NCBI GenBank assembly: GCA_048884965.1
Contig: JBHLQH010000025.1
Coordinates: forward strand, 1-47,500
Direction: 5' to 3'
DNA: 47,500 nucleotides
Origin: Candidatus Thorarchaeota archaeon
Lineage (GTDB): Archaea > Asgardarchaeota > Thorarchaeia > Thorarchaeales > Thorarchaeaceae
Part shown: piece after piece, positions 1 through 8,853 of the stretch
Position numbering within the stretch: the first letter of the stretch is position 1
Layout of the letters: each line of letters starts with the position of its first letter
Made by a program: the position numbers and the translations under genes
Notes under the pieces: generated by a model
Told to the model about the DNA's origin: nothing
The model's database searches: none
What the model saw: only the letters and a program-made list of their open reading frames with translations

Positions 1-48
1 AATTAGGGAGAGAACGGATATCAGTGTTTTCAATCTTGAACGAGATTC

Positions 49-495
49 TCAAGTCATATCATGCACATTCACACTGCGATTCTCTATCATCATTTCGTCC
101 CAGTCTATGGGTGATGGGAACTCGAATGTCTGGATTCCTCTATACTTGCCAATCCATCTCCAGCAAGGTACACAGCCACAGCTCTCCAGCCTGTACAGGT
201 TCGCATTGGTGGCGTTGAGTCGCACTTCCAACAGAGTTCCTGCAGGGAGTTCCTTTGCCATCTCATCAAGGTCCACCATGTCCAAGCTCTCTTTCCCATC
301 CACTTCAGATGGTCCTATTTGGGAAAGATAGTATCTGACACGTTGTCCGGTTAGTGGCTCATCAATTATGATCGCCACATGCGGTCTAGCCAATGAATCC
401 CATCTGCGGGGGATCGCTGGTCGCCTCATCAGGATGTAGTCGCTGACGAGCTCCAAGTTCGTCGACAGACTCGATTGCAAAATGATTCTCTCCAA
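49..495 (-). CDS. hypothetical protein (contains CGCVPC)
   Basis: 148-aa ORF with TTG start; TATA-like TTTTAAAG (584-577) and a DtxR-like box upstream; no family recognised. Confidence 0.45.
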   Translation of the reverse strand: MERIILQSSLSTNLELVSDYILMRRPAIPRRWDSLARPHVAIIIDEPLTGQRVRYYLSQIGPSEVDGKESLDMVDLDEMAKELPAGTLLEVRLNATNANLYRLESCGCVPCWRWIGKYRGIQTFEFPSPIDWDEMMIENRSVNVHDMT

Positions 496-555
496 GAGAA
501 GAAGCGAAAAGTCTGCATATAAGCTGAAGTGAGATGTGAGAATCGCGCAGATGCC

Positions 556-574
556 TTGGTTTAGGCTAACCTAC
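556..574. promoter_or_regulatory. DtxR/IdeR-type metal-repressor operator candidate
   Basis: TTGGTTTAGGCTAACCTAC matches TTAGGTTAGGCTAACCTAA at 16/19 and lies just downstream of a minus-strand TATA. Confidence 0.45.
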
Positions 575-700
575 CGCTTTAAAATGTGGGTTTCAAAGGT
601 GTTTAAAGCCCCTCAATCAATCTGACAAGTTTCCTCTCCTCAAAGAAGCAGGAACGGATTTACCCTACTTAACAATTGGCCACTATATTTCGCTGGAATC

Positions 701-1015
701 CTACTTGTTCTGGGATGATTCTGGGAAGCCGACGACCAATGGTCTACCCTCAAAAAGAGACTGAGCTACCTTTCTTCTAGCACTTGCGAGGAGCCTCCAA
801 ATAGTGCCTCTGGAAACACCCATCTTGGCTCCAGCCTGTTCCTGATATAGACCCTCAATGTCAACAAGGCGCAATACCTCTGCCTCTGCCAAATCAAGAT
901 AGATCTCATTCGAATCCACAACAGGTTTGGGCATGAGCCGTTTCGCTTTTGGCTCCTTTCCGATACTTGGTTGTATCGGGAAGCGACCTCTGCCTCCGCG
1001 TCTTCTTCTGTGCAT
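701..1015 (-). CDS. DUF134 family DNA-binding protein
   Basis: EAEVLRLVDIEGLYQEQAGAKMGVSRGTIWRLLASARRKVAQSL is the DUF134 signature. Confidence 0.9.
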   Translation of the reverse strand: MHRRRRGGRGRFPIQPSIGKEPKAKRLMPKPVVDSNEIYLDLAEAEVLRLVDIEGLYQEQAGAKMGVSRGTIWRLLASARRKVAQSLFEGRPLVVGFPESSQNK

Positions 1016-1218
1016 TATCAATCAATTCCGAATATTTACAATCTGAAACCCCCATAATTATCTTTCCGTTCCAATGAATCAGAGTGTAAATTAACTCAAA
1101 TGATAGATTAAGAAGTGAAATCAATCATCAATCACTCAATCGGTCATGTTTTTAGCCTCATTTGGTGATATTTATCTCCTAGGAACGCACACAGACAGAT
1201 GTTCTTGGAGTGTTCTTC

Positions 1219-2436
1219 ATGGGATTCAGTGTGGGAATTGTTGGCAAGCCATCTTGTGGGAAGACGTCGTTCACGAACGCAGCATGCATGACTGACTTTA
1301 AGGTTGGGAGTTATCCCTTCACGACCATTGAGGCAAATGTAGGTGTGACTCATGTGAGAACTCCCTGTGCATGCAGAGACTTCGATATGCAGGACGACCC
1401 AAAGAACTCCATCTGTATCGATGGTATTAGGCTTGTACCTGTCAAGCTCATTGATGTTGCAGGGCTGGTTCCTGGAGCGCACGAAGGTCGCGGGATGGGC
1501 AATCAGTTCCTTGACGACCTGCGTGAAGCTGATGTCCTGATCCATATAGTCGATGCCAGCGGGGCATTGGACTCAGAGGGGCAAGAGGTCGCTGCTGGGA
1601 GTCATGATCCCGTTGAGGACGTACGCTTTCTTGAAACTGAGCTTACAGAATGGATGTATGCCATAATAACGAAGGATTGGAGGCGGATAGCTTCCAGAGT
1701 CCGTACAGAGGGTGCCAAGCTTGATGAGCTTCTCCTGACCAAGCTTTCGGGCCTTCAGGTCTCTCGAGCACACATACTACATGCGATAAGAAATTCCGGG
1801 CTTACTGCTTCGGCTGCTGACAAATGGACCGAGGAGGAGATCAAGCACTTTGTATCCACACTCCGAAATGTCGCGAAGCCTATCATAATCGCTGCAAATA
1901 AGATTGACCGACCAAATGCAGAGGAGAACTTGAAGAGGCTTCGTGAAGCATTTCCTGACTACCTTATCGTACCGGTAAGCGCGCTAACTGAGAAGGTATT
2001 GAAGGATCTCGATAAGAAGGGCGTTATCAAGTACATTCCAGGGAATGATGATTTCGAGATACTAGAGAAGGATAAGCTCAAGGAGCAGGAGCTTGCACAG
2101 CTTGAGAAGATCAAGTCTGACATCCTCAAGAAGCATGGGGGTTCAGGGGTACAGAATCTCCTGAATATTGCTGTATTCGAGTTCCTTCATATGATAACCG
2201 TCTACCCTGTGCATGATGCGAACGCATTGACAGATAGCGACGGAAATGTCCTACCCGACGTTTTTCTTGTACCGCAAGGCATTACAGCAAAGGAATTTGC
2301 GGGAGTCATTCATACAGACCTTATGGAGTCATTCGTTCATGCTATAGATGCCCGAACGAAGATGCGCATAAGCGATAAGCACGAACTGAAGGATAGAGAT
2401 GTCATCAAAATCGTAAGCGCGAAGGGCTCAAAATAG
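1219..2436 (+). CDS. ychF: YchF/Ygr210-type OBG-family GTPase with C-terminal TGS domain
   Basis: G1 GKPSCGKTS, G2 YPFTT, G3 DVAGLV, GMGNQFL, G4 NKID, TGS-like C-terminus. Confidence 0.9.
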   Translation: MGFSVGIVGKPSCGKTSFTNAACMTDFKVGSYPFTTIEANVGVTHVRTPCACRDFDMQDDPKNSICIDGIRLVPVKLIDVAGLVPGAHEGRGMGNQFLDDLREADVLIHIVDASGALDSEGQEVAAGSHDPVEDVRFLETELTEWMYAIITKDWRRIASRVRTEGAKLDELLLTKLSGLQVSRAHILHAIRNSGLTASAADKWTEEEIKHFVSTLRNVAKPIIIAANKIDRPNAEENLKRLREAFPDYLIVPVSALTEKVLKDLDKKGVIKYIPGNDDFEILEKDKLKEQELAQLEKIKSDILKKHGGSGVQNLLNIAVFEFLHMITVYPVHDANALTDSDGNVLPDVFLVPQGITAKEFAGVIHTDLMESFVHAIDARTKMRISDKHELKDRDVIKIVSAKGSK

Positions 2437-2674
2437 GAATCATTCGAGAGCGAAGAGCGACTCAGAGAGTCCAGTAGCAGCCGGACATAGTTCGTTCTTT
2501 TCTCCTAATATAAAGGACCCAAAAACTCAGCTCCCCAAATGCCTGTTTTTTGACTGATGAAGTACGATTCTCACTACAAAACTGGTCAAGATATTGTATG
2601 GTTCCTCTCTCAAATACCATTACCATACTCTCTATTGAAGAAAATACAATTTCTGAGAAAGAGATGATCACGAC

Positions 2675-3139
2675 ATGGAAATCTTCGAGTCATTGATATC
2701 AGCCAAGGAACAAGGGCACCAGCTAGCAAAACAAGGACGGGTCCCCTCGATTTACCAACGCGAGCATCGTGAATTCATTCTACTGGCAAGTAGAGAGACG
2801 CCGCCCCAAGGAGCATATCCCTTTCTCAAATGGGTAGGCAAAGACCTACGGGATGCGGACGAATCGGAGTGGATTCCTATTCTTACCAAGCTTGATTCCT
2901 TGAACCGAGCAAAGGAAGCCTGTGCGCTCTTCTATCTCCTCGGATATGAGCCGATAATTGTAGAGTTCAGTCTTCTAGGAATATTCGATATATATCTACG
3001 AGAGTCCGACATCCCCCTAGGAGCATGGATCATCCTCGAATCAGACGAAGATGATTACCTCTTGGAGATTCAGCAACCTCCTATCTTCTATGACGAAGAG
3101 GATGAGCCTGAATTCGAGATAGTTTTCCCGAATGACTGA
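2675..3139 (+). CDS. hypothetical protein with an internal two-fold repeat and acidic tail
   Basis: 154-aa ORF; two copies of SL..AKE......G..P.I...F...E..P.GA. Confidence 0.7.
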   Translation: MEIFESLISAKEQGHQLAKQGRVPSIYQREHREFILLASRETPPQGAYPFLKWVGKDLRDADESEWIPILTKLDSLNRAKEACALFYLLGYEPIIVEFSLLGIFDIYLRESDIPLGAWIILESDEDDYLLEIQQPPIFYDEEDEPEFEIVFPND

Positions 3140-3146
3140 TCCTTGA

Positions 3147-3683
3147 CTAGCCTATTTTATCTCCAACGGACCAATATTGGGCATTCAGTGGGAGGTACAC
3201 AAAGAGATCTGCCTTGGACGCATCAAAGCGATCGTTTTCATCAAGGACCGACTCATCAATATGAACTGCTACCACTTCTGCGATGAACAAATCGTGGACT
3301 CCCACATTTACTATCTGAGTGGTCTTGCACTCTAGACTAATGGGACATTCGCCTATCATTGGAGCATCGACTTTGGACGCTGGGACGGCAGTCAACCCAC
3401 ACTCTTCGAATTTATCAAAATCCTTCCCGGACTTTGAGCCGCAGAACACTGCAGCATCGAATTGACCCTTTCCTGGAACATTCAGAACAAACTCTCCAGC
3501 ATCCTTAACAAGATCATAGCTATGACGATTGGGACGAATGCCTACTGCAATACTTGGAGGATTGCTGCAAATATTCGCAGCCCATGATAATGTGATGATG
3601 TTCGGTCTATCCTCCCCTCGTACACTGAGTAGTACGACTGGGCAAGGCACCAGAGCAGTCATTCCTTTCATTTCTTTTTTCAT
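3147..3683 (-). CDS. flavin reductase-like FMN-binding protein (flavoredoxin family)
   Basis: PCPVVLLS, NIITLSW, GEFVLNVP, CGSKSG...DKF, ECPISLEC, HDLFIAEV. Confidence 0.9.
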   Translation of the reverse strand: MKKEMKGMTALVPCPVVLLSVRGEDRPNIITLSWAANICSNPPSIAVGIRPNRHSYDLVKDAGEFVLNVPGKGQFDAAVFCGSKSGKDFDKFEECGLTAVPASKVDAPMIGECPISLECKTTQIVNVGVHDLFIAEVVAVHIDESVLDENDRFDASKADLFVYLPLNAQYWSVGDKIG

Positions 3684-3799
3684 GAGGGAACAGGATAGCC
3701 TGCCCAGTTAAGAAAATGTCGCAATCAAATCCTTGTCGCAACGCCAGACTTAAGTTCAAGGCACGCCCGGCGAAGCTCACAAGTTCAGAGGGTTGAACG

Positions 3800-4711
3800 A
3801 TGGCACGTGTACTTATCGCAGATTCAGTTGCAGAGTCAGCTGTTCAAAAGATGAAGGACGCTGGATTGGAACTTGTCCTCAGGGATGCCAATACAGACGG
3901 TCCGATTGAAGAACAAATCAAGGGTTTTGATGGTGTTGTTGTACGGAGTGCTACAAAAATCACTCGTGAGGTCATACAAGCATCTGACAAGCTCAAAGTC
4001 GTAGTAAGGGCGGGAGTAGGTCTTGATAATGTGGATGCAGAAGCTGCCAAAGAGAAGGGTATCCTCGTCATGAACACTCCTGAAGCTCCTAGTGTCAGTG
4101 TTGCAGAGATGGTCATCTCTATGATGTTCGCCCTGGCTCGAAACATCACTCAAGCAGACAGCTTGATGAAGAACGAGCGATGGGAGAAGAAGAAACTAAC
4201 TGGCACTGAACTCTGGCAGAAGACGCTTGGTATTATCGGATTCGGACGAATTGGACAAGAGGTTGCAAAGAGAGGAAAGGCGCTCGAGATGGACGTTCTC
4301 GCCTATGATGTCATTGATATCAGCGAGGCATGCAAGAAGTATGGCGCAAGGAGTTCCACTATTGATGAGATCATCTCAAAAGCCGACTATATCACCTTGC
4401 ATGTACCTCTTATACCGCAGACAAAGGGTATGATTAGCACTGCCGAATTTGACAAGATGAAGACAACTGCATTTCTAGTCAACACTGCGCGTGGTGGTGT
4501 TGTTGACGAAGAAGCACTCTTCATAGCTCTTGAAGAAGGCAAGATTGCTGGAGCCGCTCTTGACGTGTTTGAGAATGAGCCTCCAACAGATTGGAAGCTG
4601 GTAAAGCATTCAAAGCTAATCGCTACTCCCCATGTCGCATCCTCAACGAACGAGGCACAGGATCGCGTCGGCGATCTGACCGCACAGAAGATCATTGATG
4701 CATTCAAATGA
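3800..4711 (+). CDS. serA: D-3-phosphoglycerate / D-2-hydroxyacid dehydrogenase (no ACT domain)
   Basis: VRSAT, RAGVGLDNVD, GFGRIG, NTARG, LDVFENEP, TPHVASST; 303 aa. Confidence 0.8.
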   Translation: MARVLIADSVAESAVQKMKDAGLELVLRDANTDGPIEEQIKGFDGVVVRSATKITREVIQASDKLKVVVRAGVGLDNVDAEAAKEKGILVMNTPEAPSVSVAEMVISMMFALARNITQADSLMKNERWEKKKLTGTELWQKTLGIIGFGRIGQEVAKRGKALEMDVLAYDVIDISEACKKYGARSSTIDEIISKADYITLHVPLIPQTKGMISTAEFDKMKTTAFLVNTARGGVVDEEALFIALEEGKIAGAALDVFENEPPTDWKLVKHSKLIATPHVASSTNEAQDRVGDLTAQKIIDAFK

Positions 4712-4767
4712 TGCCAAGATTTAGAGGCAAATCGTTAGACCTTTAAGCAAATAGAACCGGCAGAAGC

Positions 4768-4885
4768 ATGGCTTGGAATCAATCCAAGCCATCCCATTTC
4801 CTTTGTTATGGCGGATCCGTCCGCAGGGATGTGGCCCAAAGGGGCTGAACCACAAACAAAGCGAATAAATCACAGCAAAGGATGG
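4768..4885 (+). ncRNA. candidate structured 5' leader of the rpl15e operon
   Basis: 10-bp hairpin plus a multibranch fold whose closing stem covers the SD-like AAGGAUGG; TATA-like TTTAAG at 4742. Confidence 0.55.
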
Positions 4886-4894
4886 AATTTACAG

Positions 4895-5476
4895 ATGTCC
4901 GCATACAAGCGTATGAATGAAGAGTGGATAAGAGAGCAGCATGAACGCTCTGAGCTAATTAGAAGCAGGCTTATCGTCTGGAGAAAACAAGGCACAATCG
5001 AACGATTGGAAAGACCAACTCGTCTTGGAAGAGCCCGAGGGCTCGGTTACAAGGCCAAGCAAGGCTACGTCATTGTAAGAATCAAGACCGGTCGTGGTCC
5101 AAGAGAGCGACCTCGTCCCACATCAGGTCGGAAGCCGAGGAGCTTGGGTGTGACCAAGTACACTCCTGCAAAGTCTAGGAGATGGATTGCTGAGGAACGT
5201 GTTGGAAAGAAGTTCCCGAACCTTCGAGTCCTAAACTCCTACTGGGTAGGGTCTGATCATCGTAACGTGTGGTATGAAGTAATCCTCGTTGATCCAAATC
5301 ATCCAGTAATCTACAACGACCCTGAGATCAACTGGATTTGTGACCCAACACAAAAGGGCAGAGAAAGTCGAGGTCTCACTTCTGCAGGTAAACGAAGTAG
5401 AGGTCTCAGGCAGAAGGGTAAGGGCGCTGAGAAGCTCAGACCTAGCCTTGCTGCAAAGGGAAACCTTGGAAAGTAG
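4895..5476 (+). CDS. rpl15e: 50S ribosomal protein eL15
   Basis: RPTRLGRARGLGYKAKQG, IAEERVGKKFPNLRVLNSYWVG, YEVILVDP, RGLTSAG; start moved to MSAYK at 4895. Confidence 0.97.
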   Translation: MSAYKRMNEEWIREQHERSELIRSRLIVWRKQGTIERLERPTRLGRARGLGYKAKQGYVIVRIKTGRGPRERPRPTSGRKPRSLGVTKYTPAKSRRWIAEERVGKKFPNLRVLNSYWVGSDHRNVWYEVILVDPNHPVIYNDPEINWICDPTQKGRESRGLTSAGKRSRGLRQKGKGAEKLRPSLAAKGNLGK

Positions 5477-5482
5477 ACAAGC

Positions 5483-5962
5483 ATGTCTGACCCTTCACAA
5501 ACATATATCGACCGAATCGAGGCCCGAGCGTTCTCTCGGGCCACTGAGGTTCCTGAGAGGGTACGAACAGCCCTTCTCACCCTATTTCCTGAAGATATCC
5601 AAGAACATGTTATTCTGACAGAGGAAACGACAGAAGGTCACCACAAGAATCCTATTCGTATTCTCAATGCTACCTTGGAGCATCCCTTTACCGATGAGAC
5701 GAGTCGATTCATATTCTCTCACCTCACCCAAAGTGATATGGATTCCCTCCTCAAGACCTTTGAAAGACGAATCGATGAGGATTGCACCTTCTTTCTTAGG
5801 ATTGATAAGCAAGCTGCATATCTGGGATATATCGAGATGGCAATGGCTCCGGATGTCATTAGTCTGCAGATCTACATCCGCAAACTACCGAGATGCAGAC
5901 CAACGGATGCCAAAGCACTAATCGAGCATTATGCATCGTTTGCAGGAGCTTCCCCTTCATGA
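5483..5962 (+). CDS. RNA-binding protein (DUF54/PF01877), exosome-superoperon member
   Basis: ATE..ERV..AL, EGHHKNPI, FFLRIDKQAAYLG; sits between rpl15e and rnp3. Confidence 0.85.
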   Translation: MSDPSQTYIDRIEARAFSRATEVPERVRTALLTLFPEDIQEHVILTEETTEGHHKNPIRILNATLEHPFTDETSRFIFSHLTQSDMDSLLKTFERRIDEDCTFFLRIDKQAAYLGYIEMAMAPDVISLQIYIRKLPRCRPTDAKALIEHYASFAGASPS

Positions 5963-6642
5963 GATCCATAGACCTCAATGTCATAGCGGATTCCGATTCG
6001 GAATTACAATCCTTATCCTCGATGGGTGTGGAGCTAGGGTATTCAGGGCTGGCAATATCGGGCCTGAACTTGAAGTCCAATATGGCGTCCAAGGACATTG
6101 AGATATTCTCTAGATTCGATCTTAAGACAAACCGATTATCTGTTCTAAAGAAAGAAGCTGCAAGGATGAGGGACAAGTATCTAGTACTCGCTATCCCCCT
6201 TGGAGCGATTGAACCTGCAAACTGGGCAGCTGAAGAACAGGTTGTCGATCTATTGACACTACTTCCTTCTGATAGCAATAAACTAAGGACAACGACTGCT
6301 AGATTGGCTGCCAAGAGCGGCACAGTACTTGAAGTACCAATACATTCACTATTACTGACTCAAGGTCTCCATCGCTCTCGGGCCCTCAAGACAATGACAG
6401 ATGCTATCAAGATAGCTCTCCAGTGTGAGATGCATGTAATCCTTACTAGTGGTGCAAGCAATCCGATTCACTTGAGATCCCCCTATGCGATGGTCCATAT
6501 TGGAATGCTTCTCGGTCTGAATCGTGCACAAGCGATCGAGTCCATCAGTGATCATCCCTTGGCAGTCATAGAACGCAATATGAAGCGTCTTGATGACAAT
6601 CATATCCTTCCTGGACTTGAGATAGTAGGTGATGACCATTGA
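5959..6642 (+). CDS. rnp3: ribonuclease P protein component 3 (Rpp30)
   Basis: N..AAE...VDLL, ARLAA, ILTSGA....LRSP; ATGA overlap with upstream gene. Confidence 0.85.
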   Translation: MRSIDLNVIADSDSELQSLSSMGVELGYSGLAISGLNLKSNMASKDIEIFSRFDLKTNRLSVLKKEAARMRDKYLVLAIPLGAIEPANWAAEEQVVDLLTLLPSDSNKLRTTTARLAAKSGTVLEVPIHSLLLTQGLHRSRALKTMTDAIKIALQCEMHVILTSGASNPIHLRSPYAMVHIGMLLGLNRAQAIESISDHPLAVIERNMKRLDDNHILPGLEIVGDDH

Positions 6643-6950
6643 AGCCTAACAGAAAACGATACATCTACTTCAAGCTTCATCAAGAAGGACTACGCATTAC
6701 AGAGCGTCAATTGAGCAATGCCATCTGGAAAAGTATGCTCTCTCTCTTTGGGGAAACAATCGTGGCAGACGCTCGTTTCTTTCTAAATGAGTATGATGAC
6801 AGGAGTGGAACCGGGTACCTTCAATGTAATGCTAATTTGCTCCAGCAGCTGATATCTTCTGCTGTTCTCATTGAATCTATCGAGAAGACCAAGGTTTCGT
6901 TCGAACCAAAGAAGACTTCCGGTACAATCAAGGCGTTACTCAAGAATTAA
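6639..6950 (+). CDS. rnp2: ribonuclease P protein component 2 (Pop5/Rpp14)
   Basis: KRYIYF, LFGE, G.L.C, TSGTIKAL; TTG start overlaps the rnp3 stop. Confidence 0.85.
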   Translation: MKPNRKRYIYFKLHQEGLRITERQLSNAIWKSMLSLFGETIVADARFFLNEYDDRSGTGYLQCNANLLQQLISSAVLIESIEKTKVSFEPKKTSGTIKALLKN

Positions 6951-7356
6951 TAATTCTAATCACTGCATACTCTTGGTTCTCTCGTAGCAGATATGCCTTG
7001 TATTCCCATTGACCAGTTATCTTGGATGCTATCAGCCAGACCACAGGGTTCAGTTTCATGTTTCTCAAGTCAGTCGATGAGGGCACCGGAGGTGCCGGGT
7101 GAGAATGGAAGATACATACAAGGTCCTCTCCTCTCTCTTCAGCATCTACAAGAAGGTTGTATTGTATGACTGGATCGACAAGAAAAGTCGTCCTAGAGTT
7201 GGCAACATTATCCAACAGCTCGATTGATCTGGCGATAATCCTATCTTCTTCGATAACCCCGAAAAGTAGCGCGACCGCCTCTAAAGGAAGGCAGTCTTCT
7301 GCGTGATCAAGAAGCTTGTCAATATTAGCTTGTGGTACGACTAGAGCATATTCCAA
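6940..7356 (-). CDS. JAB/MPN+ (JAMM) metalloprotease
   Basis: PLEAVALLFG...HSHP....PSSTD catalytic motif. Confidence 0.9.
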   Translation of the reverse strand: MEYALVVPQANIDKLLDHAEDCLPLEAVALLFGVIEEDRIIARSIELLDNVANSRTTFLVDPVIQYNLLVDAEERGEDLVCIFHSHPAPPVPSSTDLRNMKLNPVVWLIASKITGQWEYKAYLLRENQEYAVIRIINS

Positions 7357-7368
7357 GATACTTCCCTA

Positions 7369-7806
7369 CTAGAAGGGTGACTTTACTGTTTCAAGTACAA
7401 TACAGGTCTCTACTTCTCCAACACCTGGAACTTTCCCTAAACGATTCTCCAAGAACGACTTGAGGTCGGCGAGATCATCTACAGTAACCTTGAGCATCAC
7501 TCCACAAGCACCATCCAAGAAATATGCTTCAGTGACCTCCTCGTACTTCTTGACCTCATCAGCTATCTTTGAAGCCTGTTTCATTTGTGCCTTTACCTTG
7601 ACTATTGCGCTGATACGCTTGCCCATCTTCATTGGGTCTAGTACGACCGTGAAGCGTTGAATAATCCTCTCGTTCTGGAGTCGACGAACCCTGCGTCTAA
7701 TAGTGACCTCTGTCTTATCGACCTTTTTGGCAATCTCGCTATATGACATCCTGCCATCTAGTTGCAGCATATCAATAATGATTCTATCAATCTCGTCCAG
7801 GGTCAC
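7369..7806 (-). CDS. Lrp/AsnC family transcriptional regulator
   Basis: LDEIDRIIIDMLQLDGRMSYSEIAKKV HTH plus RAM domain ending ETCIVLETVK. Confidence 0.93.
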   Translation of the reverse strand: MTLDEIDRIIIDMLQLDGRMSYSEIAKKVDKTEVTIRRRVRRLQNERIIQRFTVVLDPMKMGKRISAIVKVKAQMKQASKIADEVKKYEEVTEAYFLDGACGVMLKVTVDDLADLKSFLENRLGKVPGVGEVETCIVLETVKSPF

Positions 7807-7924
7807 GATACTTTCCTCACAGATAGCATTCTCTGACAGCCTCGCTTGAGATAGTCCTACACATATACCTTACGAAAGCGTACAAACAAATCCTGATTTT
7901 GTCCGATGTCGAAAATTAGCTTAG

Positions 7925-8743
7925 TTACAGAATCTTCATCTGTTCTCCGATAATGGTTTCAGCTTTGTCCGACATAGTCGCAACCAATTCAATGTGCTCC
8001 ACAAGCTGTGGCGCATTTCGAATCTTACGCTCAAGAAGCTCCTGTATCTGGAAGATGCCTGATGCATTGTTCATCAGCACCTCTATACGAACGGTCTTCT
8101 CTTCTCCCTTCACTATCCTTACATTCTCAATTGATAGTGCTGAAGCAGAGTGAATATTGACCTTTCCAAGCTCGAATGGGATTCTTGCTCTTCCTTTTGT
8201 CATGTCCAACGCATCTGCAATACCGACAATCCCTGCTTCAACAGTACTTGGTCTGGTGAATTTATCATGACACAGTATAGCATGGAGTATGTGTCCCCTG
8301 ACATGTATTCTCTTGTGAATGTCCTTTTGATACACTTTACTTAGAACACGATCGACCACAGGGGTCGCTAGTGTTACTGAGAAGATATGATGGTCCTCTC
8401 TGTGGACAGTCATACCAATATCATGCAAATAGCATGCCATCAAGACTATCAGTTGGGCATCCTCAAAGGTGCCTGTTTCCTCTTGAACGATCGTTGGTTG
8501 GATGCCTTTTACAAGCTTGTTGATAAGATCGATTCCGTTCTTGACTACTATCAATGAGTGCGTATGACCATGATCCGAATAGCCCATTCTATCAATTGCC
8601 ATCCTATTCATATCTTCAAGCATGGTCTGTACTTCTACGTCTTTCTCTAATTCATCAAAGGCTACCGTACAAAGTTGATTATCCTTGAATAACTTAATTG
8701 TTCTATCTTTTAGTGTCTGTCTATGTTTCTGGGTCTTTGCCAT
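7925..8743 (-). CDS. HD-domain phosphohydrolase (COG3294-like)
   Basis: GYSDHGHTH, LHDIGM.VHR..H, H, ADALDM.KGRARIP, IHSASA. Confidence 0.9.
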   Translation of the reverse strand: MAKTQKHRQTLKDRTIKLFKDNQLCTVAFDELEKDVEVQTMLEDMNRMAIDRMGYSDHGHTHSLIVVKNGIDLINKLVKGIQPTIVQEETGTFEDAQLIVLMACYLHDIGMTVHREDHHIFSVTLATPVVDRVLSKVYQKDIHKRIHVRGHILHAILCHDKFTRPSTVEAGIVGIADALDMTKGRARIPFELGKVNIHSASALSIENVRIVKGEEKTVRIEVLMNNASGIFQIQELLERKIRNAPQLVEHIELVATMSDKAETIIGEQMKIL

Positions 8744-8853
8744 TTTCTATGACCCCCTCTTTCTTGAAAAACTACATCTAATCATTATCGCTATACATGA
8801 GATAGCTCTGTTAAGGCAGTTACTATCCATTGAGATAGATGGATATCACACCC

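Noticed and set aside
1-51. Selenocysteine read-through of the TGA ending ORF 49-495 (frame stays open to the window edge)
   Set aside because: No redox-motif context and no SECIS visible; an overlapping downstream TTG start explains it equally well; cannot be judged at the edge.
1202-1221. Similarity of TTCTTGGA(G)TGTTCTTCATG to about 18473-18491
   Set aside because: Under 20 nt, gapped, unrelated contexts; compatible with chance.
2551-2590. CTGATGA suggesting a hammerhead ribozyme or C/D-box sRNA
   Set aside because: No GAAA core after a stem II and no correctly placed CTGA D box.
4808-4894. N-terminal extensions given by the ORF track (also rnp3, mvhD, GRE, cupin, MFS)
   Set aside because: Family N-termini and SD positions point to downstream ATGs; starts were trimmed.
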